From the NCBI RefSeq assembly GCF_009914755.1, contig NC_060931.1: a DNA stretch of 64,000 bases; one strand, written 5' to 3'. The position numbers and the translations under genes are program-made. The stretch is from the human T2T-CHM13v2.0 reference genome, Homo sapiens. Below, piece by piece: positions 40,001 through 53,600 of this stretch. The notes below the pieces were generated by a model. The model made no database searches and was not told where the DNA came from. It worked only from the letters and a program-made list of their open reading frames with translations. Position 1 is the first letter of the stretch, and each line of letters opens with the position of its first letter.

Positions 40001-40986
40001 TAACTACAGAGAGGAGGAAGGTAGGGCTCCTGCTAAGCACCAATTGTTCGCTCCTTCTGTACTTTACTCCACACAATGATTCTCACTTCTCTTCCCCTCC
40101 CATCAAGTCCCCAGTCTCAACAGTTATCTGGTATCCAAAAGAAGCCCTCAGCATGAGCTCCTTCACTTACTGTCTTCCCCACAGGGCATTTCTTTGACAA
40201 CTTTCCTCTGACCCCCTCCTTCAGTATAAAAGAAAAGGAAAAAAAAATTCCTTCTCCTCTCCACACCTATCAGGATCCCACCTGCAGCCAATGCCTCTGG
40301 TCCTCTTCCTTAGCTAGTCATAACTGTTTAAAATGCACACTGTGGGGAAAAATACAAACCAAATGATATAATTCAATATGTACATATGGAATAGATGGAC
40401 ATGTATACAAAAATCTGTGAAGAATACACATCCAACTCCCCATGTTGCTTACTGTTGGCAAACTGTGTTGAATTGGAGTGGGGAGGATTTGCAGCAAGAA
40501 TGTATTTATGTGTTACTGGTATAAATTAAAGATATTCCCAGGGCCTTTAGAACTGTCTCATGTGATTATCATGGATTTTAGATAACACCAGTTTAAATAT
40601 ATGCACACATTAAAATAGATAAATATTTTAGCCAAAATAGCACATTTCATCCCAGTAAGACCCTTGCCTAGCACCTTTCCAACAATATAATCCCTTAATC
40701 AACATTTCAGCATCTGTAGCTTAACAGAGCTATCTGGATTGACTATAGAGATTTGGGAGTCATCAGCTTATTGGTGGTCAATGAAGCAACTGAACTAGTT
40801 GAGATCGCCTTGGAAATATTTGTAAATAAGAAGAGAAGTGATGCAAGGTCAGAACTAAGAAAAACATTGACTTGCAAAGAGAAACAGAGGCACCCCTGAA
40901 AGACAGAAGCAGAAGGTATCTCTGCCACTTCTGTCAGTCTGCCAGTCCATTCTTCTCTTCCCATGGCAATGGTGACACCGTGCCAT

Positions 40987-41352
40987 GCTGTTCCCCTTTG
41001 GCTTGTGGTCCTCACTCAAATCTCATCTTGAATTGTAGTTCCCATAATTCCCATATGTTGTGGGAGGCATCCGGTGGGAGATAATTGAATCATGGGAGCC
41101 GTTCTCCCATACTTTTCTCATGATGGTGAATAAGTCTCATGAGATCAGATGGTTTTATAAGAGGAAACCCCTTTCACTTGGTTCTCACTTCTCTCTTGTT
41201 GGTTGCCATGTAAGACGTGTCTTTCACCTTCCACCATGATTGTGAAGCCTCCCTAGCCATGTGGAACTGTGAGTCCATTAAACCTCTTTTTCTTTATAAA
41301 TTACCCAGTCTCGTGTATGTCTTTATCAGCAGTGTGTATACGAACTAATCCA
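40987..41352 (+). mobile_element. THE1B/C-like MaLR solo LTR
   Basis: aaatctcatcttgaattgtagttccc...gtgagtccattaaacctctttttctttataaattacccagtctc. Confidence 0.9.
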
Positions 41353-41388
41353 ACTATTTATTGCATTTAGCAACAAAATGATCATTGG

Positions 41389-41791
41389 TGCTATAGAGTG
41401 AAAGTGTCCCCAGAAATTCATATGTTGCAGCTCTAATCCCCAAAATAATGATTCGAAGGTGGGACTTTGGGAGGTAACTAGGTCATGAGGACACAGCTCT
41501 CATAAATAGATTAGTGTCCTTATAAGAAGAGATGTGAGAGATTCTCTCTCTCCCTCTCTCTCTCTCCCTCCCTCCCTCTTTCCCTCCTTCTCCCTCCCCC
41601 TCTATCTGCCATATGAAGATTCAGCAAGATAACTGTCTACAATCCAGAAATCGGCCTTCACCAAGAACCAAACTGTGCTGGCACCCTGATCTTGGACTCC
41701 CAGTCTCTAGCACAGTGAGAAATAAATGTCTGTTGATTAAGCCACCCATCTATGGCATCTTTATTATAAGTAGCCCAAACTGACAAGGACA
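41389..41791 (+). mobile_element. MLT1A-like MaLR solo LTR inside an L2
   Basis: tgctat...aca ends with 5-bp TSD attgg (41384-88 / 41792-96). Confidence 0.88.
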
Positions 41792-42783
41792 ATTGGTGAC
41801 CCTGGCTCCAGCAGATTCAGTGAAGTGTCAGTACAGAAATCAGAGAATACCTGACTGGGGAGTGAATATTAGGTGAAGAGGTAGAGACAAGTGTAAATTC
41901 AGAAAAATTTGGCAGTGAAGGGAGAGGCAGAGAAGTAGCTATGGAGAGATGGAGGTCAATGTGTGACTTTTCAATTCAGAAGCTACTGGCATGCATTTAA
42001 ATTCTAGCGGCAAGGATCCAGCTCACAGAAAAAGGATAACAACTAGTTGGCATACTTGCCACTCTACAAAACACATTCTGAAATATCATAATCGACTCCT
42101 GCTCACAAAATGCGATGGACTTTCCTCAATTCTTTCTCCCTAATTTTCTGCAGCATTTAATAAAGTCAATCATCCCTTTCCTTGAAATTCTCTCTTGGAT
42201 TTCTTGACACTTTGCCTTCACCTATTTCTCTGCCTTCCTTCTCTGCTGGCTTGTACTCCCACTGCCTGACAGTGTTTATTCCTCAAGGTGCATGTCCTTG
42301 ACCTTTGAGCTTTCCACTCTGTGTTCTCTATTCAGCCAGTCTGACTACGATGATTTAACCCACCATCACCTTGCTAATAAGGCACATATTCCTATCTCCA
42401 TGGCCAACTTTTCACCCATGCTTATTCACACATTTTCAGCTCCCAACAGGATGACTCCCCTTGCTTGTTATTATCTTATTCAAAATTAAAACCATTAGCT
42501 TTTCTACTCAAACAAGCTTTCTTTTGAAACATTCCCTAATTCTATCAATTAACATCATTCTCCTAGAAACAGAGAATTGAACACTACTGGGCACTGAATC
42601 CACTGGTTTCTTTGTATGTTTTTTATCACTGCCATCTTTTCCTCTTTGTTCCTGTTGTAATGGCCTTCCCACTGGATTCTTTTTCTTCTCTCTTTCCTTC
42701 TTTTTTTCTTTTCCTCCTTTCTTTATTTTCTATCTTTTCTCTTTCTTCCCTTATTTCTTCCTTCCCTCTGAGTCTTATTTAAT

Positions 42784-42819
42784 ACACACACAGACACACA
42801 CACACACACACACACACAC
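42784..42819. repeat. (CA)n microsatellite
   Basis: Direct read. Confidence 0.95.
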
Positions 42820-42850
42820 CAGCTTTATTGAGATACAATTCAGCCATTTA

Positions 42851-43218
<368 letters not shown>

Positions 43219-44289
43219 TTAATCGAGGATCATACAAGACTAGTGTGATGAAGGCTCAGACACTGATGCCTTCATCACTGTGATGATCCACCAAAGACAC
43301 CACAAACTAGAACTCTTCTTTGCTGACCTCTGACTCTCTAACGTTTGGGGTTATAACAGGATTTTTTTAAGCATTAAATCTTCTTTTGCTTAAGTGAATG
43401 GTGCTTGGACTCATTCTGTTTGCTTTGCTTAGACTAATTAGAAAAAATGTAAGTGGTCTAGAGAGGAAGGGAGTAACCCAGATATTAAAGGAAGGACCCT
43501 TCACAGTCTAGCTATAAATAAAACCAAGACCACCAATAAAACATGTTTATATTTTATTCATTATATTATATTCATTATATCTAAACTTATGCTTCTATTG
43601 CTTCTATTGCTACCAATCACCTACAGAAAGAACTTCAAGCTCTTCAGCATGTCTATGGCCCCTGTCATCTGGTTCCACCTTTTCTACCCAGATTTCCCTC
43701 ATCTTTTTTCAGTACCAACACCCTTCCTGGTATCCATCTCTTCTACCTCCCAAATGTGTTATACTAACTCCCAACTCTGCATTTGCTGGAGCTATCTGCC
43801 TTTTTCTCCCTCTGAACAGATTCCCCTTCCCCCGCCCTCTGCTTTTTCAAATTATGTTGCAACTCAAGCTCCTGGCAAATGACTGAGTTGGGAAGTCAAG
43901 AAGCTATGCCCAGACTCAGTGCTTGAACTCAATAATGTAGTATGTTTCTACATCCTGTCATTATATTTTAGAAAAACAATTTAGTAACAGATGGTGAATG
44001 CTTTTCATTTCTTAGCTATACACTTAACAATTTTCTTTTGGCCTAGCTTATTAGTTTTAGTTTTTATTCATCCAATCCAAAATTTAATGTCAAAAGTTAT
44101 AGAAGCAGATGCTCCCAAGAACAGGAAGAATAGAGCAGTTAAATATATAGTACTCAAATATGCAAGAAATATGTGTTTTTAAATATCTAAAATAATAAGC
44201 AAAATCAACAATGCAACAACCAATGCCCTAGCTAATAACAGACTTTTTAAACAACAAAGAAATATGGGTAGAGAATAACGAATACTTAC

Positions 44290-44364
44290 CGTTCAAGTTA
44301 GTTTGGATGTGAACGTCTTCAAATTGAAAGTATTTAAAGTAAGCTAGTGACTTTCCCAGTAAAC
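44290..44364 (-). other. Candidate 75-nt phase-1/1 exon (GLLGKSLAYFKYFQFEDVHIQTNLN)
   Basis: gtattctttag|GTTTAC...TGAACG|gtaagt; only one frame is open; retained CpGs in an AT-rich context. Confidence 0.5.
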
Positions 44365-44863
44365 CTAAAGAATACTTTAAAACTTTCAAGAATTTTAAAG
44401 TAAAAATTTAAAGTATCTTTTGTAAACCATATTGTGGCACAATTAGTAAACTTCTTAATACCAAAACCTCACTAACCAGGTATGCTCTCAATAAATCAAA
44501 CCCTAATTTTATCCAAATTCCCTTAAAAAACTGTTGACAAATAATCAAATATTTATAAATTAAAGTGAAATACCATTTCTGCCATCCAAACTGGCTTTGC
44601 CATCTAATTATGTCACACACACATAGGATTATACCATGTCCTGTTTTTTTAAAGTACTCACTGCAACAATGTTAAGGTTACATGGATACTCTCAAACACC
44701 ACTGCTAGACAAATAACTTGGTTCAACCTTACTAGAAAACAATCTGGCATTTTAAATTATCTATCCTATGGTCTTACAATTTTTATTTAATTTTTACATA
44801 ATTACCTAATATTTCATCAAATGTGTATATCACTAGTTATTTAATTATTCCCCTACCATTAAA

Positions 44864-45157
44864 TTTTTTTTTTTGAGATGGAGTTTCACTCTTTTTGTCC
44901 AGGCTGGAGTGCAATGGCACAATCTTGGCTCACCACAACCTCCGCCTCCCGGGTTCAAGTGATTCTCCTGCCTCAGCCCCGCTGAGTAGTTGGGATTACA
45001 GGCATGTGCCACCATGCCTGGCTAATTTTGTATTTTTAGTAGAGATGGGGTTTCTCTATGTTGGTCAGGTTGGTCTCGAACTCCTGACCTCAGGTGATCC
45101 ACCTGCCTCGGCCTCCCAAAATGCTGGGATTACAGGCATGAGCCACTGTGCCTGGCC
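44864..45157 (-). mobile_element. AluSp
   Basis: gagtttc, tgcaatgg and tttctctatgttggtcagg diagnostics. Confidence 0.92.
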
Positions 45158-46399
45158 CTAATATTTATATTTTTTCTAGAGAATGTCATTATAAATGCTG
45201 CAATTAACATTTTACATAAATTTCTGACATTATTTTCTTTGGTTGTTAATTCTTAGAAGAGATTGTAGAAGGTCAGGGATAGAAGAATAATTTTTAAGGT
45301 TCTACTTTTAATCAAGCCTATAGAGTGGTAGTTCTCCACAAAGCAAGAAGATGGGCTCTCTTAGGGCCAGAATTTTTGTCATCTGCTTTGTTAACAGCTG
45401 CAGCCACAGCACCTGAACAATACTTGGTACACAGTATGCCCTTAATAAATATTTATAGAATTAATGATTGAACAATAGTCATACACATGCAAATTTTGAC
45501 ATCTTCCCTTATAAACTTCTTGGAAGACATCTCACCCTGTCTTATTAGGGATGGCTGAAGGCTCATTAGCACTTGGTGAAAATATACCATGTGCAGACAT
45601 GAAATTTGGACAGATTCATCCAGATATTCTGTCTTTGAGTTTTAAAAGAGATAGTATGGTTTTTTTCCCAAGATGGTGGATTAGAGGCTTTTAGTGTGCC
45701 TCCACCACTTGAAAATAGCAAGATAGTACATAAAGATCAACTCTGTGAGCTTTAATTTAAGAAGGAAAATGGGAATCCACCATAATTGTGAAGGACACCT
45801 CAGAATCTGTGAAGGATAATGTGGGGACAGCCCCTATAATGGCATCTGGCTGATAAAAGTGAGTGAAGCCCCAGTGTGTGAGGAGGCAGAGAGTCCTTCT
45901 CTGTGACTCACCTTTCCACTGGGGATCCAAGCAACCCAGTCGAGGAGAAACTTTGTTTCTCCCAAGCCCTGGAGCTAACTTGGGGAGAGACTTGGAGACT
46001 CTGTGAGGGAAAGACAGTGGGCAAAGCTGCAGACATTTTCTCAGACCTAGGACCAAGAGTAGGATGCCATTTTTAATCCAGGCGCATACAAAGGCAACCA
46101 TTCTTAGGCAATTCAGCAGCGTAACTGTGCAGGCATTTTAGTCTCAAGCCAGAGATTGGAATGCCTGCTCTGGAGAAAGGTAGGGGCCTCCACAGCCAGA
46201 ACTGTGAAAAACACCTCAGCAATAGGTGCTGCAATTGTGCTCTCCCATATTGCAAGCCTGGAACCAGAGGAGAGCAGCTACATCTGCAGTTTCTCCTCAG
46301 CAACCAGTCTTGCAGCCAGGGCCAGCTTGATGACCTCGAACTGATCTTCATGTGCCTTGCTGGGTATACTAGACTGCTCCCCTAAGACTGTGGTGCAGT

Positions 46400-46990
46400 G
46401 GGGCCGTCTCTGCTCCACCCCAAGGCAGATTTCCTACCATTCAGAGCACCCATTCACCTGGTTCAGCAGCCTGAGCCACCTCATGCTTCTCAGGCATAGA
46501 TCATGGTGCAGCAGAGCTTTCTCCACTCCACACCCAGACAGATCTCTAGGCATTTGGATCCTGCTCATATGGATAAGCAGCCTGACCTGCCCCACTGTTC
46601 CAGTGCAGAGATCCTAGTTCAGGGGGGCCTCTCTGCTGTCTCTGCTTCATGCCAAGGCAGATCTATGGCATTCAGAGCACCTGCTCATCTGGTTCAGCAG
46701 CCTGAGCCACACACACACCCTTCCGGGACATAGATAGTGGTAGAGTGAGTGACTGTCCACTCCATGCCCGAGCAGGTCTCCAGGCATTCAGAGCACCTGC
46801 TTGCCTGGTTCAGCAGCCTGAGTCACCCCAGCCCTCCTGTGCAGAAACCTTGGTGCAGGGGGGACCCTTTCTACTCCATATCCAGGCAGATCTTCAGGCA
46901 TCTGGAACACTCACTCTTCTGGATTAGGAATTTAAACTCCCCCCATCCCCATGCAGAGAACTTGGGACTGAAGAGGTTTCCCTGCTCCAT
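46400..46990 (+). repeat. About five degenerate ~115-bp tandem units in the L1 5'UTR
   Basis: cattcagagcacc...tggttcagcagcctgag recurs at about 46438, 46669 and 46785, with weaker copies at about 46551 and 46899. Confidence 0.75.
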
Positions 46991-48027
46991 GCCTAGGCAC
47001 ACCTCTTGGTGCTTGGTGGCTGCCTACTGGATTCCCCCATGGTGTTGGTGCTTGTGCCTGTCATCAGGAGATCTATAGGTGGACCTGCTGAGTCCAGCCC
47101 CACCCTTCATGGACCCTGCCTCTCCAGGGCTGAGCAAGCAGCTCAGACCACTGCTCATCCCGGGCAACAGAGGGCAACAGAGAGCTTCTGCTAGTAAACA
47201 AGGATCAAATATATACCCAGCCACACTGGCCATAGCAGCTGTTACTTATAACTGCCATCTACTGGCCTGTAGGTCAAACTGCACTGCCCAATATAAAACC
47301 TGCTGAAAGAAGTGCATAGGGCTATAGAAGCAAAGCCAAAAGACCCTACCCAACATTCTCTACAGTCACACCCCTGGGGTGGAGGGAAGGGAAATGAAAG
47401 AAAAAATAATAATATTATTATAGGGGAAGAAATAAAAGAAAAAAACCCTACTCACATGGAAATAATTACAAAAATTAGATGTGACAGTATCTCCAGATGA
47501 GAAGGAACCAGCACAAGAATTCTTGCACCATGAAAAATCTGATTGTAGTGACACCACCAAAGGGTCACACTAGCTCTCCAGCAACTGTCTTTAATCAAAA
47601 TGGAAACTCAGAAATGACAGAGAAATCAAAGTATGGATTACAAAGAAGCTTAATGAGATCCAAGACACAGTTGAAAATCAACCCAAAGAAACTTCTAAAG
47701 GAATCCAAAAAATGAAGAAAGAGATAAACATCTTAAAAAGAAATCAATCAGAGCTTCTGGAAATGAAATACACACTTAAGAAATTTCAAAATACAATTGA
47801 AAGCTTTACCAATACACTGGATCAAGCAGGGGAAAAAATTTCAGAGCTTGAAGATTGGTCCTTTGAATGAACCCAGGCAGACAAAAATAAAAAAGAATTT
47901 TAACAAATGAACAAAGTCTTTGAGAAATATGGGATTATGTAAAGCACCCAAGCCTATCAACTATTGGCATTCCTGAGAGAGAAGGAAAAAAAGTAAACAA
48001 CCTGGAAAACATATTTAAGGAAATATG

Positions 48028-48080
48028 TGCCACTGCATTCCAGACTGAGCAACAAAGCATTCTGTCTCAAAAAAAAAGGA
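48028..48080 (+). mobile_element. Alu 3' remnant at the L1 deletion junction
   Basis: tgccactgcattccagactgagcaacaaagcattctgtctcaaaaaaaaa. Confidence 0.85.
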
Positions 48081-50640
48081 AAGAAAGAAAAAGAAAAATA
48101 GAAATAACTAAAATTAGAGTAGAACTGAATGAAGTTGAGACCCAAAGATCCATACAAAGAATCAACAAAACCAAAAGTTTGTTCTGTGAAAGGATAAACA
48201 AGATCAATAGATCACTAACTAGATTAACAAAGAAAAAAGAGCGAATGTCCAAATAAACACAATCAGAAATGACAAAGGTGGTATTACAACCAATCCCACA
48301 GAAATACAAAAGATCCTCAGAGGCTATTATGAACACCTCTATGAACACAAACTAGAAAATCTAGGGGAAATGGGTAAATTCCTGAAAACATACAATCTCC
48401 CAAGACTGAATCAGGAAGAAACTGAAATGCTGAATAGACAAATATTGAGTTCCATAATTGAATCAGTAATAAAAAACCTACCAACCAAAAAAAGCCCTGA
48501 ACCACATGGATTCACAGCTGAATTCTACCAGACATACAAAGAGGAGCTCGTACCAATTACCAAAATTGTTCCAAAAAATCGAGGAGGAGGGACTCCTCCC
48601 TACCTTGTTCTACAAAGCCAACATCACCCTGATACCAAAACCTGGCAAAGACACAATAAAAATGAAAACTACATGCCAATATCCCTGATGAAAATAGATG
48701 CAAAAATCCTCCACAAAATACTAGCAAACCAAATCCAACAGGACCTCAAAAAGTTAATTCACCACAATCAAGTAGGCTTCTTTCCTGGGGTGCAAGGTCA
48801 TCAAAAAATGTGATTCATCCCATGAACCGAATTAAAACAAAAGCTATATGGTGATCTCAATAGACACAGAAAAGGCTTACAATAAAATCCAATATCCCTT
48901 CATGACAAAAGCCCTCAACAAAGTAGGTATCAAAGGAACATATCTCAAAATTTTAAAAACCAACTCTCACCATTCTTGTTCAACATAGTACTGAAAGTGC
49001 TAGCCAGAGCAATCAGATAAGAGAAAGAAATAAAAGTGATCCAAAAAGGAAAAGAAGAAGTAAAACTATCTCTTTTCATGGATGATATCATTCTATATTT
49101 AGAAAACCCTAAACACTCCACCAAAAGGTTCCTGGAACTGATACACAACTTCAGTAAAGTTCCAGGAAACAAAATCCATGTAAAAAATCAGTAGCATTTC
49201 TATAAACCAATAATGTTCAAACTGAGAGCCAAGTCAAGAATGCAAACCCGTTTACAATAGCCACAAAATAATAAAATACCTAGGAATATATCTAAATAAG
49301 GAGATGAAAGATCTCTACAAGGAGAACTACAACACACTGCTGAAAGAAATCACAGATGACACAAACGAATGGAAAAACATGCCATGCTCATGGATTAGAA
49401 GAATCAACACCATTAAAATGTCTACACTTCCCAAAGCCATCTACAGAGTCAAAGCTATTCCTATCAAACTATCAGTGTCATTTTCCAAAGAACTAGAAAA
49501 AACTATTCTAAACTTCATATGGAACCAAAAAAGAGCCCAAATAGCCAAAGCTGTTCTAAGCAAAAACAACAAAGCTGGAGGCATCAAATTACCCATCTTC
49601 AAACTACACTAGAAGGCTACAGTAACCAAAACAGGATGGTACAAAAGCAGACAATAAACCAGTGGAACAGAATGGAGAATAAAGAAATAAAGCCATATCC
49701 TACAGCCATCTGATCTTCAATGAAGTCAACAAAAATAAGCAATGGGGAAACAACTCCCTATTCAACAAATGGTGCTGGGACAGCTCACTAGCCATTATGC
49801 AGAAGAATGAAACTGGACTCCTACCTATAAGCATACATGAAAATTACCTCAGGATAAATTAGAGATTTAAATATAAGACTTCAACCTATAAGAATCCTAG
49901 AAAAAAACCTAGGAAACACCATTCTGGACATCAGTTTTAGGAAATAATTTATGACTAAGTCCTCAAAAGCAATTGCAACAAAAACAAATTCACAAGTGAG
50001 ACTTAATTAAACTAAAGAGATTCTTCTCCACATAAGAAACTATGAACAGAGTAAAACAAAACCTAAAAAATTGGAGAAAATGTTCACAAACTATGCATAT
50101 AACAAAGGTCTAACATCCAGAATCTATAAGGAACTTAAACAATTCAAAAAGCAAAAGACAAATAATCCCATTTAAAATGGGCAAGAGATATGAATAGACA
50201 CTTCTTAAAAGAAGATACACAAGCAGCCAACAAAAATATGAAAAAAATGCTCCACATCCGTAATAATCAGATATATGCAAATCAAAACCACAAGAAGATA
50301 CCATCTCACACCAGTCAGAATGGGTACTATTAGAAAGTCAAAAAATAAAAGATGTTGGTGAGGCTCCAGAGAAAAGAGAACACTTACACACTGTTGGTGG
50401 GAAAGTAAATTAGTTCAACCACTGTGAAAAGCAGTTTGGAGATTTCTCAAAGAACTTAAACCAGAACTACCATTCAACCCAGCAATTTTATTACTGGCTA
50501 TATACAAAAAAGAAAATAAATCACTTTACCAAAAAGATACATGCACTTGCATGTTAAACACAGCATTAGTCACAATATAAAAGACATGAAATCAACCTAG
50601 GTGCCCATCAGTGGTGGGCTGGATAAAGAAAATGAGGTAC

Positions 50641-53600
50641 GGAAGATGGCTGAATAGGAACAGCTCCAGTCTGCAGCTCCCAGCGTGATTGACACAGAAG
50701 ACGGGTGATTTCTGCATTTCCAACTGAGGTACCTGGATCATTTCATTGGGACTGGTTGGACAGTGGGTGCAGCCCATGGAGGGCGAGCCGAAGCAGGGCA
50801 GGGCATCACCTCACCCAGGAAATGCAAGTGTTCGGGGGATTTCCCTTTCCTAACCAAGGGAAGCCTTGACAGACTACCTAGAAAAATGGGAAACTCCTGC
50901 TCAAATACTGTGCTTTTCCCAAGGTCTTAGCAACCGGCAAACAAGGAGATTCTCTCCCGTGCCTGGCTTGGCGGGTCCCACGCCCACAGAGCCTTGCATA
51001 CTGCTAGCGCAGCAGTCTGAGATCGAACTGTGAGGCGGCAGCCTGGCTGGGGAAGGTGTATCTGCCATTGCTGAGGCTTGAGTAGGTAAACAAAGCAGCC
51101 AGGAAGCTTGAACTGGGCGGAGCCCACCACAGCTCAACAAGGCCTACTGCCTCTGTGGGCAGGGCATAGCTGAACAAAAGGCAGCAGACACCTTCTGCAG
51201 ACTTAAACATCCTTAAACATCCCTGTCTGACAGCTCTGAAGAGAGCAATGGTTCTCCCAGCATGGCATTTGAGCTCTGAGAACGGACAGACTGCCTCCTC
51301 AAGTGGGTCCCTGACCCCTGTGTAGCCTAACTAGGAGACACCTCCCAGTAGGGGCTGACAGACACCTCATACAGGTGGCTGCCCTTCTGGGACAAAGCTT
51401 CCAGAGGAAGGATCAGGCAGCAATATTTGTTGTTCTGCAGCCTCCGCTAGTGATATCCAGGCAAACAAGGTCTGTCTGGAGTGGACCTCTAGCAAATTCC
51501 AGCAGACCTGCAGCTGAGGGTCTTGACTGTTAGAAGTAAAACTAACAAACAGAAAGGAATAGCATTGACATCAACAAAAAGGTCATCCACATCAAAACCC
51601 CATCTCTAGGTCACTAGCATCAAAGACCAAAGGTAGATAAAACCACAAAGATGGGGAGAAACCAGAGCAGAAAAGCTGAAAATTCTAAAAACCAGACTGC
51701 CTCTTCTCCTCCAAAGGATCGCAGCTCCTCACCAGCAACAGAACAAAGCTGGACTGAGAATGACTTTGATAAGCTGACAGAAGTAGGCTTCAGAAGGTCA
51801 GTAATAACAAACTTCTCCGAGCTAAAGGAGGATATTTGAACCCATCGCAAGGAAGCTAAAAACCTTGAAAAAAGATTAGACGAATGGCTAACTAGAATAA
51901 ACAGTGTAGAGAAGACCTTAAATGATCTGATGGAGCCGAAAACCATGACACGAGAACTTCGTGACGTGTGCACAAGCTTCAGTAGCTGATTCGATCAAGT
52001 GGAAGAAAGGGTATCAGTGATTGAAGATCAAATTAACGAAATAAAGCGAGAAGAGAAGGTTAGAGAAAAAAGAGTAAAAAGAAACAAACAAAACCTCCAA
52101 GAAATATGGGACCATGTGAAAAGACCAAATCTACATTTGACTGGTGTACCTGAAAGTGACAGGGAGAATGGAACCAAGTTGGAAGACACTTTTCAGGATA
52201 TTATCCAGGAGAATTTCCCCAACCTAGCAGGCAGGCCAACATTCAAATTCAGGAAATACAGAGAACGCCACAAAGATATTCCTCGAGAAGAGCAACCCCA
52301 ACACACATAATTGTCAGATTCACCAAGGTTGAAAAGAAGGAAAAAGTGTTGAGGGCAGCCAGAGAAAAAGGTCGGGTTACCCACAGAGGGAAGCCCATCA
52401 GATTAACAGCAGATCTCTCAGCAGAAACCCTACAATCCAGAAGAGAGTGAGGGCCAGTATTCAACATTCTTAAAGAAAAGAATTTTCAACCCAGAATTTC
52501 ATATCCAGTCAAACTAAGCTTCATAAGTAAAGGAGAAATAAAATCCTTTACAGACAGGCAAATGCTGAGAGATTTTGTCACCACCAGGCCTGCCTTCCAA
52601 GAGCTCCTGAAGGAAGCACTAAACATGGAAAGAAACAATTGGAACGAGCCATTGCAAACACATGCCGAATTGTAAAGACGATCGATGCTAGGAAGAAACT
52701 GCATCAATTAACGGGCCAAATAACCAGTTAACATCATAATGATGGGATCAAATTCACACATAACAATATTAACCTTAAATGTAAATGGGCTAAATGCCCC
52801 AATTAAAAGACACAGACTGGCAAATTTGATGGAGTCAAGACCCATTGGCATGCTGTATTCAGGAGACACATCTCATGTGCAAAGACACAAATAGGCTCAA
52901 AATAAACAGATGGAGGAAGATCTACCAAGCAAATGAAAAGCAAAAAAAAAGCAGGGGTTGCAATCCTAGTCTCTGATAAAACAGACTTTAAACCAACAAA
53001 GACCAAAAGAGACAAAGAAGGTCATTACATAATGGTAAAGGGATCAGTTCAACAAGAAGAGCTAACTATCCTAAATATATATGCACCCAATACAGGAGCA
53101 CCCAGATTCATAAAGCAAGTCCTTAGAGACCTACAAAGAGACTTAGACTCCCACACAATAATAATGGGAGACTTTAACACCCAACTGTCAATATTAGACA
53201 GATCAGGGAGACAGAAGGCTAACAAGGGTATCCAGGACCTGAACTCAGCTCTGCACCAAGCAGACCTAATAGACATCTACAGACCTCTCCATCCCAAATC
53301 AACAGAATATACATTCTTCTCAGCACCACATCACACTTATTCTAAAACTGACCACATAATTGGAAGTAAAGCACTCCTCAGCAAATGTAAAAGAACAGAA
53401 ATCACAATAAACTGTCTCTCAGACCACAGTGCAATCAAATTAGAACTCAGGATTAAGAAACTCAATCAAAACTGCACAACTACATGGAAACTGAACAACT
53501 TGCCCTGAATGACTACTAGGTAAAAAAGGAAATGAAGGCACAAATAAAGACGTTCTTTGAAACCAATGAGAATGAAGACACAACATACGAGAATCTCTGG

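Larger units (their letters stand above)
45660..50640 (+). mobile_element. L1PA15/16-like element with 5'UTR, an internal deletion and a missing 3' end
   Basis: cccaagatggtggattagaggc 5' end; ORF1 at about 47.5-48.0 kb jumps to ORF2; ends at ggataaagaaaatgaggtac. Confidence 0.88.

Noticed and set aside
44290-44364. Naming the gene (vague resemblance to a galactocerebrosidase C-terminal strand; known unitary pseudogenes considered)
   Set aside because: The resemblance is too weak and no recalled sequence matches, so no symbol was assigned.
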